A DNA stretch of 45,309 bases, taken from NCBI GenBank assembly GCA_035553755.1, contig DATMJS010000097.1, positions 1 through 45,309 of the forward strand. The letters run 5' to 3'. Every line of letters starts with the position of its first letter. The stretch's first letter is position 1. The notes under the pieces were generated by a model. That model was not told the DNA's origin. It saw nothing but the letters and a program-made list of their open reading frames with translations, and did not search any database. The position numbers and the translations under genes were made by a program. Below are positions 25,859 to 34,811 of the stretch, piece by piece. The DNA comes from Allosphingosinicella sp. GTDB taxonomy: Bacteria > Pseudomonadota > Alphaproteobacteria > Sphingomonadales > Sphingomonadaceae.

Positions 25859-27612
25859 GTTTCATTCAGCCGATGATGCCGACCCTGGTCGGCGAGCCGC
25901 CGGATGGTGACGAGTGGCTGCACGAGCTCAAGTCAGACGGCTACCGAACCCAGATCATCCTTGACGAGGGCCGCGGCCGGGCCTTTACCCGCAATGGCCA
26001 CAACTGGACGGCGAAGTACCGGCCGACCATCGAGGCCGCCCTGGCTCTGCCATGCGGCAGCGCGATTATCGACGGTGAGATGGTTGTCGCGACCGAGACC
26101 GGACACACCGACTTCCACGCGATCAAAGCCACCATTGCGGCTAACCCTTCTGCCCTGGTTCTAATGGCTTTCGATCTCCTGCACCTGGACGGCCGCGATC
26201 TTCGCCAGACTCCATTGATCGAACGACGTTTACGCCTTGAGGATCTGGTCGGGAGTGCGGACACTGGCGATCGCATCCAGTTCAGCGATCACGTGATCGG
26301 GAACGGCCCTGCTGTTTTCGCTGCTGCTGAGGAGCTGGGCGTGGAGGGGATTGTCTCGAAGAAGATCAACAGTCGCTATCGCAGCGGATATTCGAAAGCC
26401 TGGCTGAAGATCAAAAGCTACGCAGAAGGCGAGTTCGTGGTGATCCGAGCCGAGCGCGGTGACAAGGCTCCCGTGGCGCTTCTCGCGCGGGAAGCGGAGG
26501 AAGGGCTGGAATATGCGGGCGCTGCGATGGTCACGCTTGCTGATCCCGAGCGGGAGATTTTCTGGGAAACTATCGAGCGGCTGAAGACCGACCGGCCACC
26601 CGTCCCCATGGAGGAGCGCAAGGAAGGCAGCTGGCTCTGGCCGGAGCTCAAGGTGCGCGTGAAGTACCTTCGAGGTGAGAAGATGCTTCGCCACGCCACT
26701 GTGCAGGGCATTGCAGATGCTCCAGCGGCGGCGGCCGTTTCGCCGCCCTCCCGCTCAGGAAGAAGCTCCGCTGAGCCGACATATCCGAAGCCCGAGATCA
26801 GCAAGGCGGCTGTTCTGGATTACTACCGCCAGGTGGCGCCACTAATGCTGCCGTGGCTGGTCGGGAGGCCGCTGAACCTCTTCCGCTGCGTCGGCAATCA
26901 ATGCTTCTTCCAGAGGAATGAAAACCACCCTGTCGCCGTCGACATTTTCCACGAGCCGATCCGCAAAATCCCGGTGGACCAGAAGAACGGCAAGACGGAA
27001 AACTATCTCTTCATTGAGGATGCGGCCGGGCTCATTGCCTGCGCAAAAGCCGACGCGATCGAGTTCCACGCCTGGGGCAGCCGCGTGGCGAACATCGAGC
27101 GGCCGGATCGGATCGCCTTTGATCTCGACCCGGACGTCGGGCTCCCGTTCGAGCTTGTGAAAAATGCCGCACTGCAGGTGCGCCGGTCGCTGAACGCTAT
27201 TGGTCTCGAAAGCTTCGCCATGCTGACCGGGGGCAAGGGTGTCCATGTGGTGCTGCCATTCGCGCCGAAGCAGGAATGGCCGGCGGTGCGGAGGTTCGCC
27301 AAGGAGTTCTGTGAGGCTCTGGCGAGTGCCGATCCAGATCGATTCACCGTGAATCTGCCAAAAGCTAAGCGCAAAGGCCGCATCTTCCTCGATTATCTTC
27401 GCAACCAGCGGACCGCGACGGCGATCATGCCGTATTCGGCTCGAGCGCGCCCTGGACTTCCGGTGGCGGCGCCGATCGGGTGGGCGGAACTCGAGGAGCT
27501 TTCAGGAAGCGACCGATTTAAGATAGGAGACGTCGCGGAGCTGGTCGAGCGTCGGAAGAGGCCAGAGCTCCTCGTTTGGGGGGAGGCAGCCCAATCGCTG
27601 CCACGGCTGTGA
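25849..27612 (+). CDS. ligD: NHEJ DNA ligase D (ATP-dependent ligase + OB fold + primase-polymerase domain; no phosphoesterase domain)
   Basis: EWLHELKSDGYR (KxDG), IDGEMV, AFDLLHLDG, EGIVSKK..S.YRSG and WLKIK; PolDom RPDRIAFDLDPD, TGGKGVHV, IFLDYLRN and PYSARAR. Confidence 0.93.
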   Translation: MPLSFIQPMMPTLVGEPPDGDEWLHELKSDGYRTQIILDEGRGRAFTRNGHNWTAKYRPTIEAALALPCGSAIIDGEMVVATETGHTDFHAIKATIAANPSALVLMAFDLLHLDGRDLRQTPLIERRLRLEDLVGSADTGDRIQFSDHVIGNGPAVFAAAEELGVEGIVSKKINSRYRSGYSKAWLKIKSYAEGEFVVIRAERGDKAPVALLAREAEEGLEYAGAAMVTLADPEREIFWETIERLKTDRPPVPMEERKEGSWLWPELKVRVKYLRGEKMLRHATVQGIADAPAAAAVSPPSRSGRSSAEPTYPKPEISKAAVLDYYRQVAPLMLPWLVGRPLNLFRCVGNQCFFQRNENHPVAVDIFHEPIRKIPVDQKNGKTENYLFIEDAAGLIACAKADAIEFHAWGSRVANIERPDRIAFDLDPDVGLPFELVKNAALQVRRSLNAIGLESFAMLTGGKGVHVVLPFAPKQEWPAVRRFAKEFCEALASADPDRFTVNLPKAKRKGRIFLDYLRNQRTATAIMPYSARARPGLPVAAPIGWAELEELSGSDRFKIGDVAELVERRKRPELLVWGEAAQSLPRL

Positions 27613-27695
27613 GGCACGAATGAAGCGACCGTTCTTCAAATCCTTTCGCGGCGGGTTCTATACAGGACTTCTCGCACTTGCCGTGACGGTCGTCG

Positions 27696-28073
27696 TTGGC
27701 TTCAGCCTTGCCTAAATACCGCTACAGAACGGTGCCCACGGGTGCCAAATGTGGGCCATGGCGCGAGACTCGCAAAGAAGCACTTCAGGACGCTGTCGCC
27801 GCCGACCTGGGCTGGACCGACGATGCCGCTCCGGCCGGTGTGCAGCTAGACCAATTCGTCGAGATCGAGAGTGCCCACATCCTCACCGAATGGGAGCTGT
27901 GGGCCTGTGCCAACGAGCAGATACGGCAGCACGGAGAAGATGCTGCCACTCGCTCAGCGATGCGAGCCGATGAACTCGAACAGGGGGGAGACCTCGACGG
28001 CGCCCGCAACTGGCGGTTAATTGTTCATCGGGTCCAGGAGCTGCTCGGGCCTTCCGGCGGACGGCCTCATTAG
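27696..28073 (+). CDS. Small two-module hypothetical protein with DUF6961-like C-terminus
   Basis: N-part KYRYRT...GPWRETRKEALQDAV; C-part EWELWACAN.....HGEDAA..SAMRADEL...GDLDG...W, recalled as DUF6961-like. Start could be TTG 27708. Confidence 0.65.
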   Translation: MASALPKYRYRTVPTGAKCGPWRETRKEALQDAVAADLGWTDDAAPAGVQLDQFVEIESAHILTEWELWACANEQIRQHGEDAATRSAMRADELEQGGDLDGARNWRLIVHRVQELLGPSGGRPH

Positions 28074-28220
28074 CGCTGGGTCAGCTGACCCCTTTCCTCG
28101 TTTCAAGCGGTGCCCGAAGAGCGCCTTCTGCCATTGGAACGAGGCGCGGATCACATTGCGGAGGGCGTCAGCTCGGTCGTGTATGTGGAATGTGCCCCGA
28201 GAGCTTGAGCGGGGGGGCAT
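28017..28220 (-). CDS. Small hypothetical ORF or pseudogene (67 aa)
   Basis: Lies behind a consensus EcfG-like promoter; an in-frame ATG at 28268 is followed by TGA after 5 codons. Confidence 0.3.
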   Translation of the reverse strand: MPPRSSSRGTFHIHDRADALRNVIRASFQWQKALFGHRLKRGKGSADPALMRPSAGRPEQLLDPMNN

Positions 28221-28276
28221 GATCAGCTCCCGGGGCGGTCCAGAAGCATGTCAGGGGAGATGCTTCATGCGCGGAA

Positions 28277-28302
28277 AACCTTCGGAGAAGGCTCCGTGTT
28301 CC
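28277..28302 (-). promoter_or_regulatory. Sigma-EcfG-like promoter GGAAC-N17-GGTT
   Basis: Minus strand GGAAC ACGGAGCCTTCTCCGAA GGTT; ATG 8 nt downstream. Confidence 0.65.
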
Positions 28303-28461
28303 CAATAGGATAGGAACAATTCACATCTAACAGCGGATCACTCACGGCTTGTCCTCGGGACCGGAACGGCGCCTGACCCAAAGCATTTTTACGCTGTCCG
28401 ATGAGCGCATGGACATGCATTGCTATCGGAGGCGCCCCAATGGGGAGTTGGGGCGCTCTGC

Positions 28462-28911
28462 TCAGCGGCACATCCTGCGCTGCCGATCAAATTTCTCCCA
28501 ACGAAGAGCAGTGCCGCTTTTCACCATGGCGCAGTTTAGCTCGATGCCGTCAGGCCGCCAGCACCACGCCGTTATCCTGTTGTAGCTCGTTCCTGTCTGC
28601 TCGCATCTGAGCACCTGTTTCAGAGCAAGCCTCTCCAGCGTCTGTTGAGCCTCGGCTCCTGAGGCATCAGGGCATGGATGACCTGGACTGCATGTGCCGT
28701 CCAACTCTCGTGCTGCAATAGCTGTCAGCCTTACCTTCGGCCCTTCGGCACACCAAAGTGGGCCGTCCCCATCATGTACTTTGGTCACGGTGCAGGTGAA
28801 GGAGCCAGCTCCATCAACGGGGGCAGCCGTCAGCTCACTGGAGGAGGGCCATAGAGCTATAGCAGCAAAAACGGCTGCCGATGATCCCGCGGTTATCGCT
28901 AGAAATCTCAC
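28462..28911 (-). CDS. Thermonuclease (SNase-like) family protein with N-terminal signal/anchor
   Basis: VTKVHDGDG, KVRLTAIAARE, SYNRITAWC and LNCAMVKSGTA; GAGGAGGAG upstream of GTG. Confidence 0.88.
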   Translation of the reverse strand: MRFLAITAGSSAAVFAAIALWPSSSELTAAPVDGAGSFTCTVTKVHDGDGPLWCAEGPKVRLTAIAARELDGTCSPGHPCPDASGAEAQQTLERLALKQVLRCEQTGTSYNRITAWCWRPDGIELNCAMVKSGTALRWEKFDRQRRMCR

Positions 28912-29045
28912 TCCCCTGCTCCTCCTCGCTCGTCAGTCGTTCGTCGCCTGGACCAAATCACTTGTGCTTCGGCTCGCCTCACAGCCGCCCAGCTCCACAA
29001 TATGGCAGGGGTGGTGACAATCACCACCATAAGAAACTCACCCAT
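28908..29045 (-). CDS. Unannotated 45-aa membrane microprotein coupled to the thermonuclease
   Basis: MGEFLMVVIVTTPAILWSWAAVRRAEAQVIWSRRRTTDERGGAGE; AGGAG 6 nt before the ATG; TGA overlaps the thermonuclease GTG (GTGA). Confidence 0.6.
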   Translation of the reverse strand: MGEFLMVVIVTTPAILWSWAAVRRAEAQVIWSRRRTTDERGGAGE

Positions 29046-29111
29046 AACAAGCTCCTAACCGTGTTCTCGACTCGGTGAAGCACAGGAGCAAGGCTGTAGG
29101 ACAGCAGAAAT

Positions 29112-29126
29112 GTTCCTGATATGTCC
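29112..29126. promoter_or_regulatory. Probable alphaproteobacterial LexA box GTTC-N7-GTCC
   Basis: GTTC CTGATAT GTCC, one mismatch from GTTC-N7-GTTC, about 65 nt upstream of the 45-aa ORF/thermonuclease unit. Confidence 0.55.
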
Positions 29127-29221
29127 CCTCATGGTCTTCCGACATGCGAATTCATGGAAGGGCAACTGCGGAGTGACCTTAGCAGCATCCGTAAGCGGCA
29201 TCCGAGTGACGCTATTGGATG

Positions 29222-32200
29222 CTAGTGAAAGTTGCGGGATTTGACGTTGAGCTCTGGGATCGCGGTCTCGCCAATACGGAAAGGTACCGTATAGTCACTT
29301 CGCACCCGTCGCTGCCACTTATCGCGGGGATCCGGCCCTCCGCCTGCTGAGGCACCGTCGGCGGGAGAGTGGCGATGCGGGAACTGCCGCTCGCCGATCG
29401 ATCGCAGGAGCGCCGAATGATCGATCAGCCGATCGGCGATCACGTGGATCACATCGCCTTCGCGTTGGAGCGTGCCCCGAACCCCCATCATCGCCGCAGA
29501 GAGCACAATCCGTCTCTGCGCCTCATAGCGCTGCTGCCAGATGATGATGTTCGCAAAACCCGTCTCGTCTTCAATCGTCACGAAGGTGACATTGGTGGAG
29601 CCCGGCCGTTGCCGCACAAGCACAAGGCCAGCCACCACTACCTTCGTGCCGTCCTTCACGTACCTGAGGTCGGCCGCGCGGACGGCCCCCACACGCTCCA
29701 GTTCGGATCTGAGGAATTTCAGCGGATGCGCGCGGAGCGATAGCTGCACGGAGTGATAGTCGTCGACCACCTCGCGGCCCTCGCTCATGGGCAGAAGCTC
29801 AACGGAAGGTTCCCGTCCTTCTTCCCGGGCGTCGGCAGCGGCGAAAAGGGGCAGCGGCTTTTCACCCAACGCTCGCACCCGCCACAACGCCTCACGCCGG
29901 TCGAACCCGAGGGAGGCAAATCCGTCAGCTTCGGCAATCTTCTCCAGGGCAGCGACAGGCGCTCCCGAACGGAGCCACACGTCCTCGACGCTTGCGAAGG
30001 GCCGTTCCAGCCGCGCGCCCACTATCAACGCTACATCTTTGGCCGAGAGGCCGTGCACCATGCGCAGGCCCAGGCGGATGGCGCGGTGCCGTCCCGCCGG
30101 CTCCTCGAGCGTGCAGTCCCAGCGGCTGGCGTTGATGCAGACAGGCCGTACCGCGACGTCATGCTTTCTCGCGTCGTAAACGATCTGGGCCGGCGCGTAG
30201 AAGCCCATTGGCAGGGAGTTGAGGAGCGAGACGCAGAACACGTCCGGGTGGTGACACTTCACCCAGCAGGAGGCGTAGACGATCTTGGCGAAGCTCGCTG
30301 CGTGGCTTTCGGGAAAGCCATAGCTGCCGAAGCCTTCTATCTGCCGAAAGGTGCGGTCGGCAAAGTCGCGCTCATAGCCGCGCGCAACCATCCCCTCGAC
30401 CAGCTTGTCATGGAAGCGGCTGACGCCGCCGCTGAACTTGAAGGTGGCCATTGAGCGGCGGAGTGCATCGGCCTCGGCGGGGGTGAAGCCGGCGCCGACG
30501 ATCGCGACCTTCATTGCCTGCTCCTGGAAGAGCGGAACGCCCAGCGTCTTCTCGAGCACCGCCTTCAGCTCGGGCTTCGGATATTCGGGTTTCTCCTTGC
30601 CCTCTCTCCGGCGGAGATAGGGATGGACCATGTCGCCCTGGATGGGCCCCGGCCTTACAATCGCCACTTCAATTACGAGGTCGTAGAAGGTCGCCGGCTT
30701 CATCCGGGGGAGCATGCTCATCTGCGCCCGGCTCTCGATCTGGAACACGCCGAGGGTGTCCGCAGGCTGGATCATTGCATAGACTTCCGGATCCTCCTCA
30801 GTGAGGTTGGCCATTTCCATGTCAATGCCCTTCTGCTCCCGCAGGAGATCGAAGGCGCGGCGAAGGCAGCTCAGCATCCCCAAGCCGAGCACATCGACCT
30901 TCATGAAGCCGAGCTCCTCAATATCGTCCTTCTCCCACTCGATGATGTGGCGCGGGGCCGGCACCTTCCGCCCGTGGCTGGTGTTCGGCGTAGCCGGCTG
31001 GATGGGCACGAGGTCGTCGAGCGGGTCGCGGGTGAGGACGAAGCCGCCCGGATGCTGGCTGAAGTGGCGTGGCGTGCCGATCAGCTGCCGCGCCAGCCGG
31101 AGCGTCAGAGCGAGTCGAGGTTCGGAGCTGTCGAGGTTGAGCTCCTCGACATGGCGCTCCTGAACGCCTTCTTCGGACCAGCCCCAGACCTGCCCCGCGA
31201 GCGCACCGGTGACGTCTTCCGGCAGGCCGAGCGCCTTCCCGACATCGCGCACCGCGCCCTTAGCGCGGTAGCGGGAGATGACCGCCGTTATCGCTGCATG
31301 GCGCCGGCCGTAGGTCTCGTAGATCCACTGGACCACCTCCTCGCGCCGCTGATGCTCGAAGTCGACGTCGATGTCGGGAGGCTCGTTCCGCTCCTCTGAA
31401 ATGAAGCGCTCAAACAATAGCTCGTGCCGCACGGGATCGATCGAGGTGATGCCGAGCACATAGCAAATGACGGAATTGGCGGCCGAGCCGCGCCCCTGGC
31501 AGAGGATGCCCTGGCTCCGGGCGAAGGCGACGATGGAGTTTACCGTTAAAAAATAAGGCGCGTAGCCAAGCTTTCCGACCTGCTCCAGCTCATACCCCAG
31601 CAGCTTTGAGTAAGCTTCGGGCACCCCTTCCGGAAACTTCGCCCTGAGAGCGGTCCAGCTCATCTCTTCCAGCGCCTGCTGAGGGCTCCGGCCGGAAGCG
31701 CCGATTTCGTCTGGATACTGGTAGCGGAGTTCGCGAAGCGAGAAGGTGCAGCGCTCGGCAATATCGGCGGTCGCCCGCACCGCGTCCGGATAGTCCCGGA
31801 AGCGCCGCTCCATTTCGCGCGGGCTCTTCAGATGACGATCGGGATAACGTTCGCGCCGAAAGCCCAGTTCGTCGATCGTGCAATGCTCCCGGATTGCGGT
31901 AACCACATCCTGAAGAATACGCTTCTCGGGAGAGTCGTAGAGGACATCTCCGGTCGTTACCGGCCGGAGGCCGAAGCGGGGTCCGAAGGCATTTAGCTGC
32001 TGAAGGCGAGTCGAGTCCCTCGGCCGCCGTCTCTGCGTTAGCGCCAGATGGCCCCGCTCACCGAAAATGTCGGAGAAGCGCCCGAGTGCAGCTTCCGCCG
32101 CTTGGAGATCATCAGGGACCAGAGCTGCCACCAGCCCTGCGGAATGGCTGCTCAGATCTGCCCAGTCGAGGAAGCACCGCCCCTTCTCATCCGCGTAGGT

Positions 32201-32503
32201 GGGATCGGCCCGGCACCTGCCCAGCGTCAGCAGGCGGGTAAGACGCGACCAGGCGGCGAGGTCCTCAGGCCAGACCAGAAGGGCAGTTCCATCGACCAGC
32301 TCCAGATGCGCACCGGCAATAAGACGAACACCGGTCGTCTCGGCTGCGATCGTCGCCCGCACAAGGCCGGCAACGCTGTTGCGGTCGGTAATGCCGAGCG
32401 CCGGGTAGCCGAGGAGGGCCGCGGTTGCGAACAGCTCCTCGCAGGAGGAAACACCGCGAAGAAAGCTGAAATGGCTCGCCGCCTGGAGTTCGACATAGGT
32501 CAT
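29222..32503 (-). CDS. dnaE2: Error-prone DNA polymerase III alpha subunit
   Basis: MTYVELQAASHFSFLRG (PHP), GRGSAANS, PPDIDVDFE, FGSYGFPESHA and C-terminal SRNFH; ATG 32503 overlaps the imuB stop. Confidence 0.97.
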   Translation of the reverse strand: MTYVELQAASHFSFLRGVSSCEELFATAALLGYPALGITDRNSVAGLVRATIAAETTGVRLIAGAHLELVDGTALLVWPEDLAAWSRLTRLLTLGRCRADPTYADEKGRCFLDWADLSSHSAGLVAALVPDDLQAAEAALGRFSDIFGERGHLALTQRRRPRDSTRLQQLNAFGPRFGLRPVTTGDVLYDSPEKRILQDVVTAIREHCTIDELGFRRERYPDRHLKSPREMERRFRDYPDAVRATADIAERCTFSLRELRYQYPDEIGASGRSPQQALEEMSWTALRAKFPEGVPEAYSKLLGYELEQVGKLGYAPYFLTVNSIVAFARSQGILCQGRGSAANSVICYVLGITSIDPVRHELLFERFISEERNEPPDIDVDFEHQRREEVVQWIYETYGRRHAAITAVISRYRAKGAVRDVGKALGLPEDVTGALAGQVWGWSEEGVQERHVEELNLDSSEPRLALTLRLARQLIGTPRHFSQHPGGFVLTRDPLDDLVPIQPATPNTSHGRKVPAPRHIIEWEKDDIEELGFMKVDVLGLGMLSCLRRAFDLLREQKGIDMEMANLTEEDPEVYAMIQPADTLGVFQIESRAQMSMLPRMKPATFYDLVIEVAIVRPGPIQGDMVHPYLRRREGKEKPEYPKPELKAVLEKTLGVPLFQEQAMKVAIVGAGFTPAEADALRRSMATFKFSGGVSRFHDKLVEGMVARGYERDFADRTFRQIEGFGSYGFPESHAASFAKIVYASCWVKCHHPDVFCVSLLNSLPMGFYAPAQIVYDARKHDVAVRPVCINASRWDCTLEEPAGRHRAIRLGLRMVHGLSAKDVALIVGARLERPFASVEDVWLRSGAPVAALEKIAEADGFASLGFDRREALWRVRALGEKPLPLFAAADAREEGREPSVELLPMSEGREVVDDYHSVQLSLRAHPLKFLRSELERVGAVRAADLRYVKDGTKVVVAGLVLVRQRPGSTNVTFVTIEDETGFANIIIWQQRYEAQRRIVLSAAMMGVRGTLQREGDVIHVIADRLIDHSALLRSIGERQFPHRHSPADGASAGGGPDPRDKWQRRVRSDYTVPFRIGETAIPELNVKSRNFH

Positions 32504-34029
32504 CCGAAGACCCCGTGCACATACCAGCTGAGGTCGCCGGTGCGCGGATCGGTGCCGTCGCCGCGACGGAAGATCCAGAAGCGCTCTCCCGCCTCGTCCT
32601 CGACTCGGAAATAGTCGCGGAGAGCCTCGGCTTCGGCGGCACGCTTCCACCATTCGCCATGGATGCGCTCAGGACCGTCGGCCTTGCGCACCCGGTGCAT
32701 CCTTCCACGCCACTGGAACCGTCGGGGTGGCTGGTCGGGGAGCTCCGCCATTACCTTCTCCACCCGCTCGGGCGTCGGGAGGAGGTGGACCGGCCGCGGC
32801 CATTCGGCAGGCCAATCGTGGAGTGGAGCCATCGGCCCCCGCCGCTCCACGCTACGTTCGGGAACATCGCTTTCGACCCGGCTCAGTCGGAAGACGCGTT
32901 CCTGACCCAGGCGATTGGCCAGGCAGTCGACGACGCGAACAAGGTTGGGCGCCTCCTCGTCAGGGCCGAAAGCGCTCACCAGCTGCCGGGGGTGCAGAGG
33001 CTCGCAGGACCGGGCAACGAGCCGCATCCGCTCGATGCCGAAGCCGGGCTCGATCTGATCGACCTTCAGCCGGAACAGGCGGAGAAGATAATCGCGCTCG
33101 CTGTTTGCGGTCGCCGTTCCGATGGTGAACGACTGCGTCTTCCCGTCCACACGGTCGCAGTGGAGTTCCAGGGAGCGAGCCCCAAGACCCTTGAGGTTGA
33201 GCAGCCGGATCAGCTTCAGAAGCAGATCGGAGATCACCTGCTCGATTGCCTCGGCGGTAGCGATCGGTTCCAGGAAGTTCAGGCTGGCGCAAGGCGCCTC
33301 CTCCGGAATGATCGGCCTGATCGGCTCGGCAGCGCGCCCGAGCGCCTGATCGAGCCGCTTCAGCAGCGTCTTGCCGAACCGCCGCTCGATCGGCGCGCGC
33401 GGCATGGCCGCAAGCTGCCCGATCGTTTCGATGCCGAGGCGACGGGCGGCGCTCTCAACCTTTTCATCGATACGAAGGGCGGCGAGCGGCAGCGGCGCAA
33501 TGGCTTTGGACTGCTCGCCGGGTGGGCAAAGGGATAGAGAGCTGCTGCCGTAGCGGGCGAGCGCATGCGCTGCGCCGACCGTGTCGACAATCGCCAGACG
33601 CGCAGTGAAGCCAAGACGGGCGCAGAAGCTAAGGATCTTCTCCGCCATTGCCCGCTCGCCACCAAAGAGGTGCGCACAGCCGCTGATATCCAGCCACAGC
33701 CCGCTAGCGTCGGCTATCGCCGCCCGTGGCGTCCAGCTTCGTGCGGCATGAACAGCAAGGCGGGTCAGCAGCGCGGCATCGCCTTCGGGATCGGCGGCAA
33801 GAACATCGATGTCGGGAACCAGCGCGCGGGCCTGAGTCAGTGCAATTCCCGGAGTAAGACCCGCGGCAAGAGCTGCCGGCGAGACGGCGGCTATAATGAT
33901 TTGCTGCCCGGCCCTGTGCGCGGTGACAACGGCGCTATGGTCAGGCAGCGGCTGGCCGGACCTCGCCGCCAGGCGCTTCAGACGCTCGGTGGGCAGGTAC
34001 GGCAGGTAGAGCGAGGCAACCCTTCGCAT
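32500..34029 (-). CDS. imuB: Y-family polymerase-like mutasome protein ImuB
   Basis: GLWLDISGCAHLFGGE, LPLAALR, GPERIHGEWW and RDYFRVEDEAGERFW; lies between imuA and dnaE2. Confidence 0.95.
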   Translation of the reverse strand: MRRVASLYLPYLPTERLKRLAARSGQPLPDHSAVVTAHRAGQQIIIAAVSPAALAAGLTPGIALTQARALVPDIDVLAADPEGDAALLTRLAVHAARSWTPRAAIADASGLWLDISGCAHLFGGERAMAEKILSFCARLGFTARLAIVDTVGAAHALARYGSSSLSLCPPGEQSKAIAPLPLAALRIDEKVESAARRLGIETIGQLAAMPRAPIERRFGKTLLKRLDQALGRAAEPIRPIIPEEAPCASLNFLEPIATAEAIEQVISDLLLKLIRLLNLKGLGARSLELHCDRVDGKTQSFTIGTATANSERDYLLRLFRLKVDQIEPGFGIERMRLVARSCEPLHPRQLVSAFGPDEEAPNLVRVVDCLANRLGQERVFRLSRVESDVPERSVERRGPMAPLHDWPAEWPRPVHLLPTPERVEKVMAELPDQPPRRFQWRGRMHRVRKADGPERIHGEWWKRAAEAEALRDYFRVEDEAGERFWIFRRGDGTDPRTGDLSWYVHGVFG

Positions 34030-34723
34030 CCGATCCCTCCATTATCCAGCTGTAAGGCTCGCCGCCGCGCTGGCGGGCAAGCTCGATGCGCCAGCGCGAC
34101 CGCTCGACGTCGGCAACGGCCATTTCCTGCGAGGGAACCGAGGCTATTCGCCAGCGGGTGAGAGCGGCCGAAGGCGTGGCGAGCGGATCATCATCCATTC
34201 GCCGCCGGCTCCTCAGTATCAGCGCCATAGTGCCGCTCGCTTCGGCGGTAAGCTGCAGTCTCCTGGCGGCAGTCATAGAAAAACGCGAGGCTTCCGCGAC
34301 GACGGCCGCGAGCCCTCCGAGCCGGAGGCCCTCTTCCATGGCAGCCAGGGCCTCTTCCTGCCCACGGCACTCGGCGTAGAGCAGCCGCTCTGGCGGCAGC
34401 CCTGCCTGGCTCAGCCCCGGTGCGAAAAGGTCGCGGCGGCAGAGGACCCAGAGAACCGTACCTTTTCCCCCAGCCTGCCGAGCTGCGATCCCGGCGGCAA
34501 ACAGGGTCGCGGCGGCTTCATCGCTCGGTCGCGGCGCGGCTGCGCTGATCTCGTGAAGACCACCAACGGCAAGGCCGCCGCCATAAAGGCGCCTGTCCAT
34601 CTCGTCGATGCCGAAAGACAGTACAGCTCCCTTCTTGCGGGCGCAGCCATGCTCCATCGCGCGCACCTCGGCGCGAAGCTCATCCAGCCGCTGGCGCGGC
34701 CATGAGGGACGGGTCTGCAACAT
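33941..34723 (-). CDS. imuA: RecA-like mutasome protein ImuA
   Basis: GGLAVGGLHEI, DLFAPGL, MEEGLR and ARRLQLTAE; first gene of the imuA-imuB-dnaE2 cassette. Confidence 0.93.
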   Translation of the reverse strand: MLQTRPSWPRQRLDELRAEVRAMEHGCARKKGAVLSFGIDEMDRRLYGGGLAVGGLHEISAAAPRPSDEAAATLFAAGIAARQAGGKGTVLWVLCRRDLFAPGLSQAGLPPERLLYAECRGQEEALAAMEEGLRLGGLAAVVAEASRFSMTAARRLQLTAEASGTMALILRSRRRMDDDPLATPSAALTRWRIASVPSQEMAVADVERSRWRIELARQRGGEPYSWIMEGSDAKGCLALPAVPAHRASEAPGGEVRPAAA

Positions 34724-34741
34724 GACTCGGACGACTCTATT

Positions 34742-34756
34742 GTTCTCATAATGTTC
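34742..34756. promoter_or_regulatory. LexA (SOS) box GTTC-N7-GTTC
   Basis: GTTC TCATAAT GTTC, exact alphaproteobacterial consensus, 18 nt upstream of the imuA ATG. Confidence 0.9.
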
Positions 34757-34811
34757 CAGTTATACATGGGCAGAGTCAACTGAGTCGAAAAGAAAAGCTG
34801 AGAGGGACCCT

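Noticed and set aside
29010-29028. GGTGGTGA-CAA-TCACCACC inverted repeat as an operator or terminator
   Set aside because: It lies inside the 45-aa ORF and has no U tract; it may be incidental.
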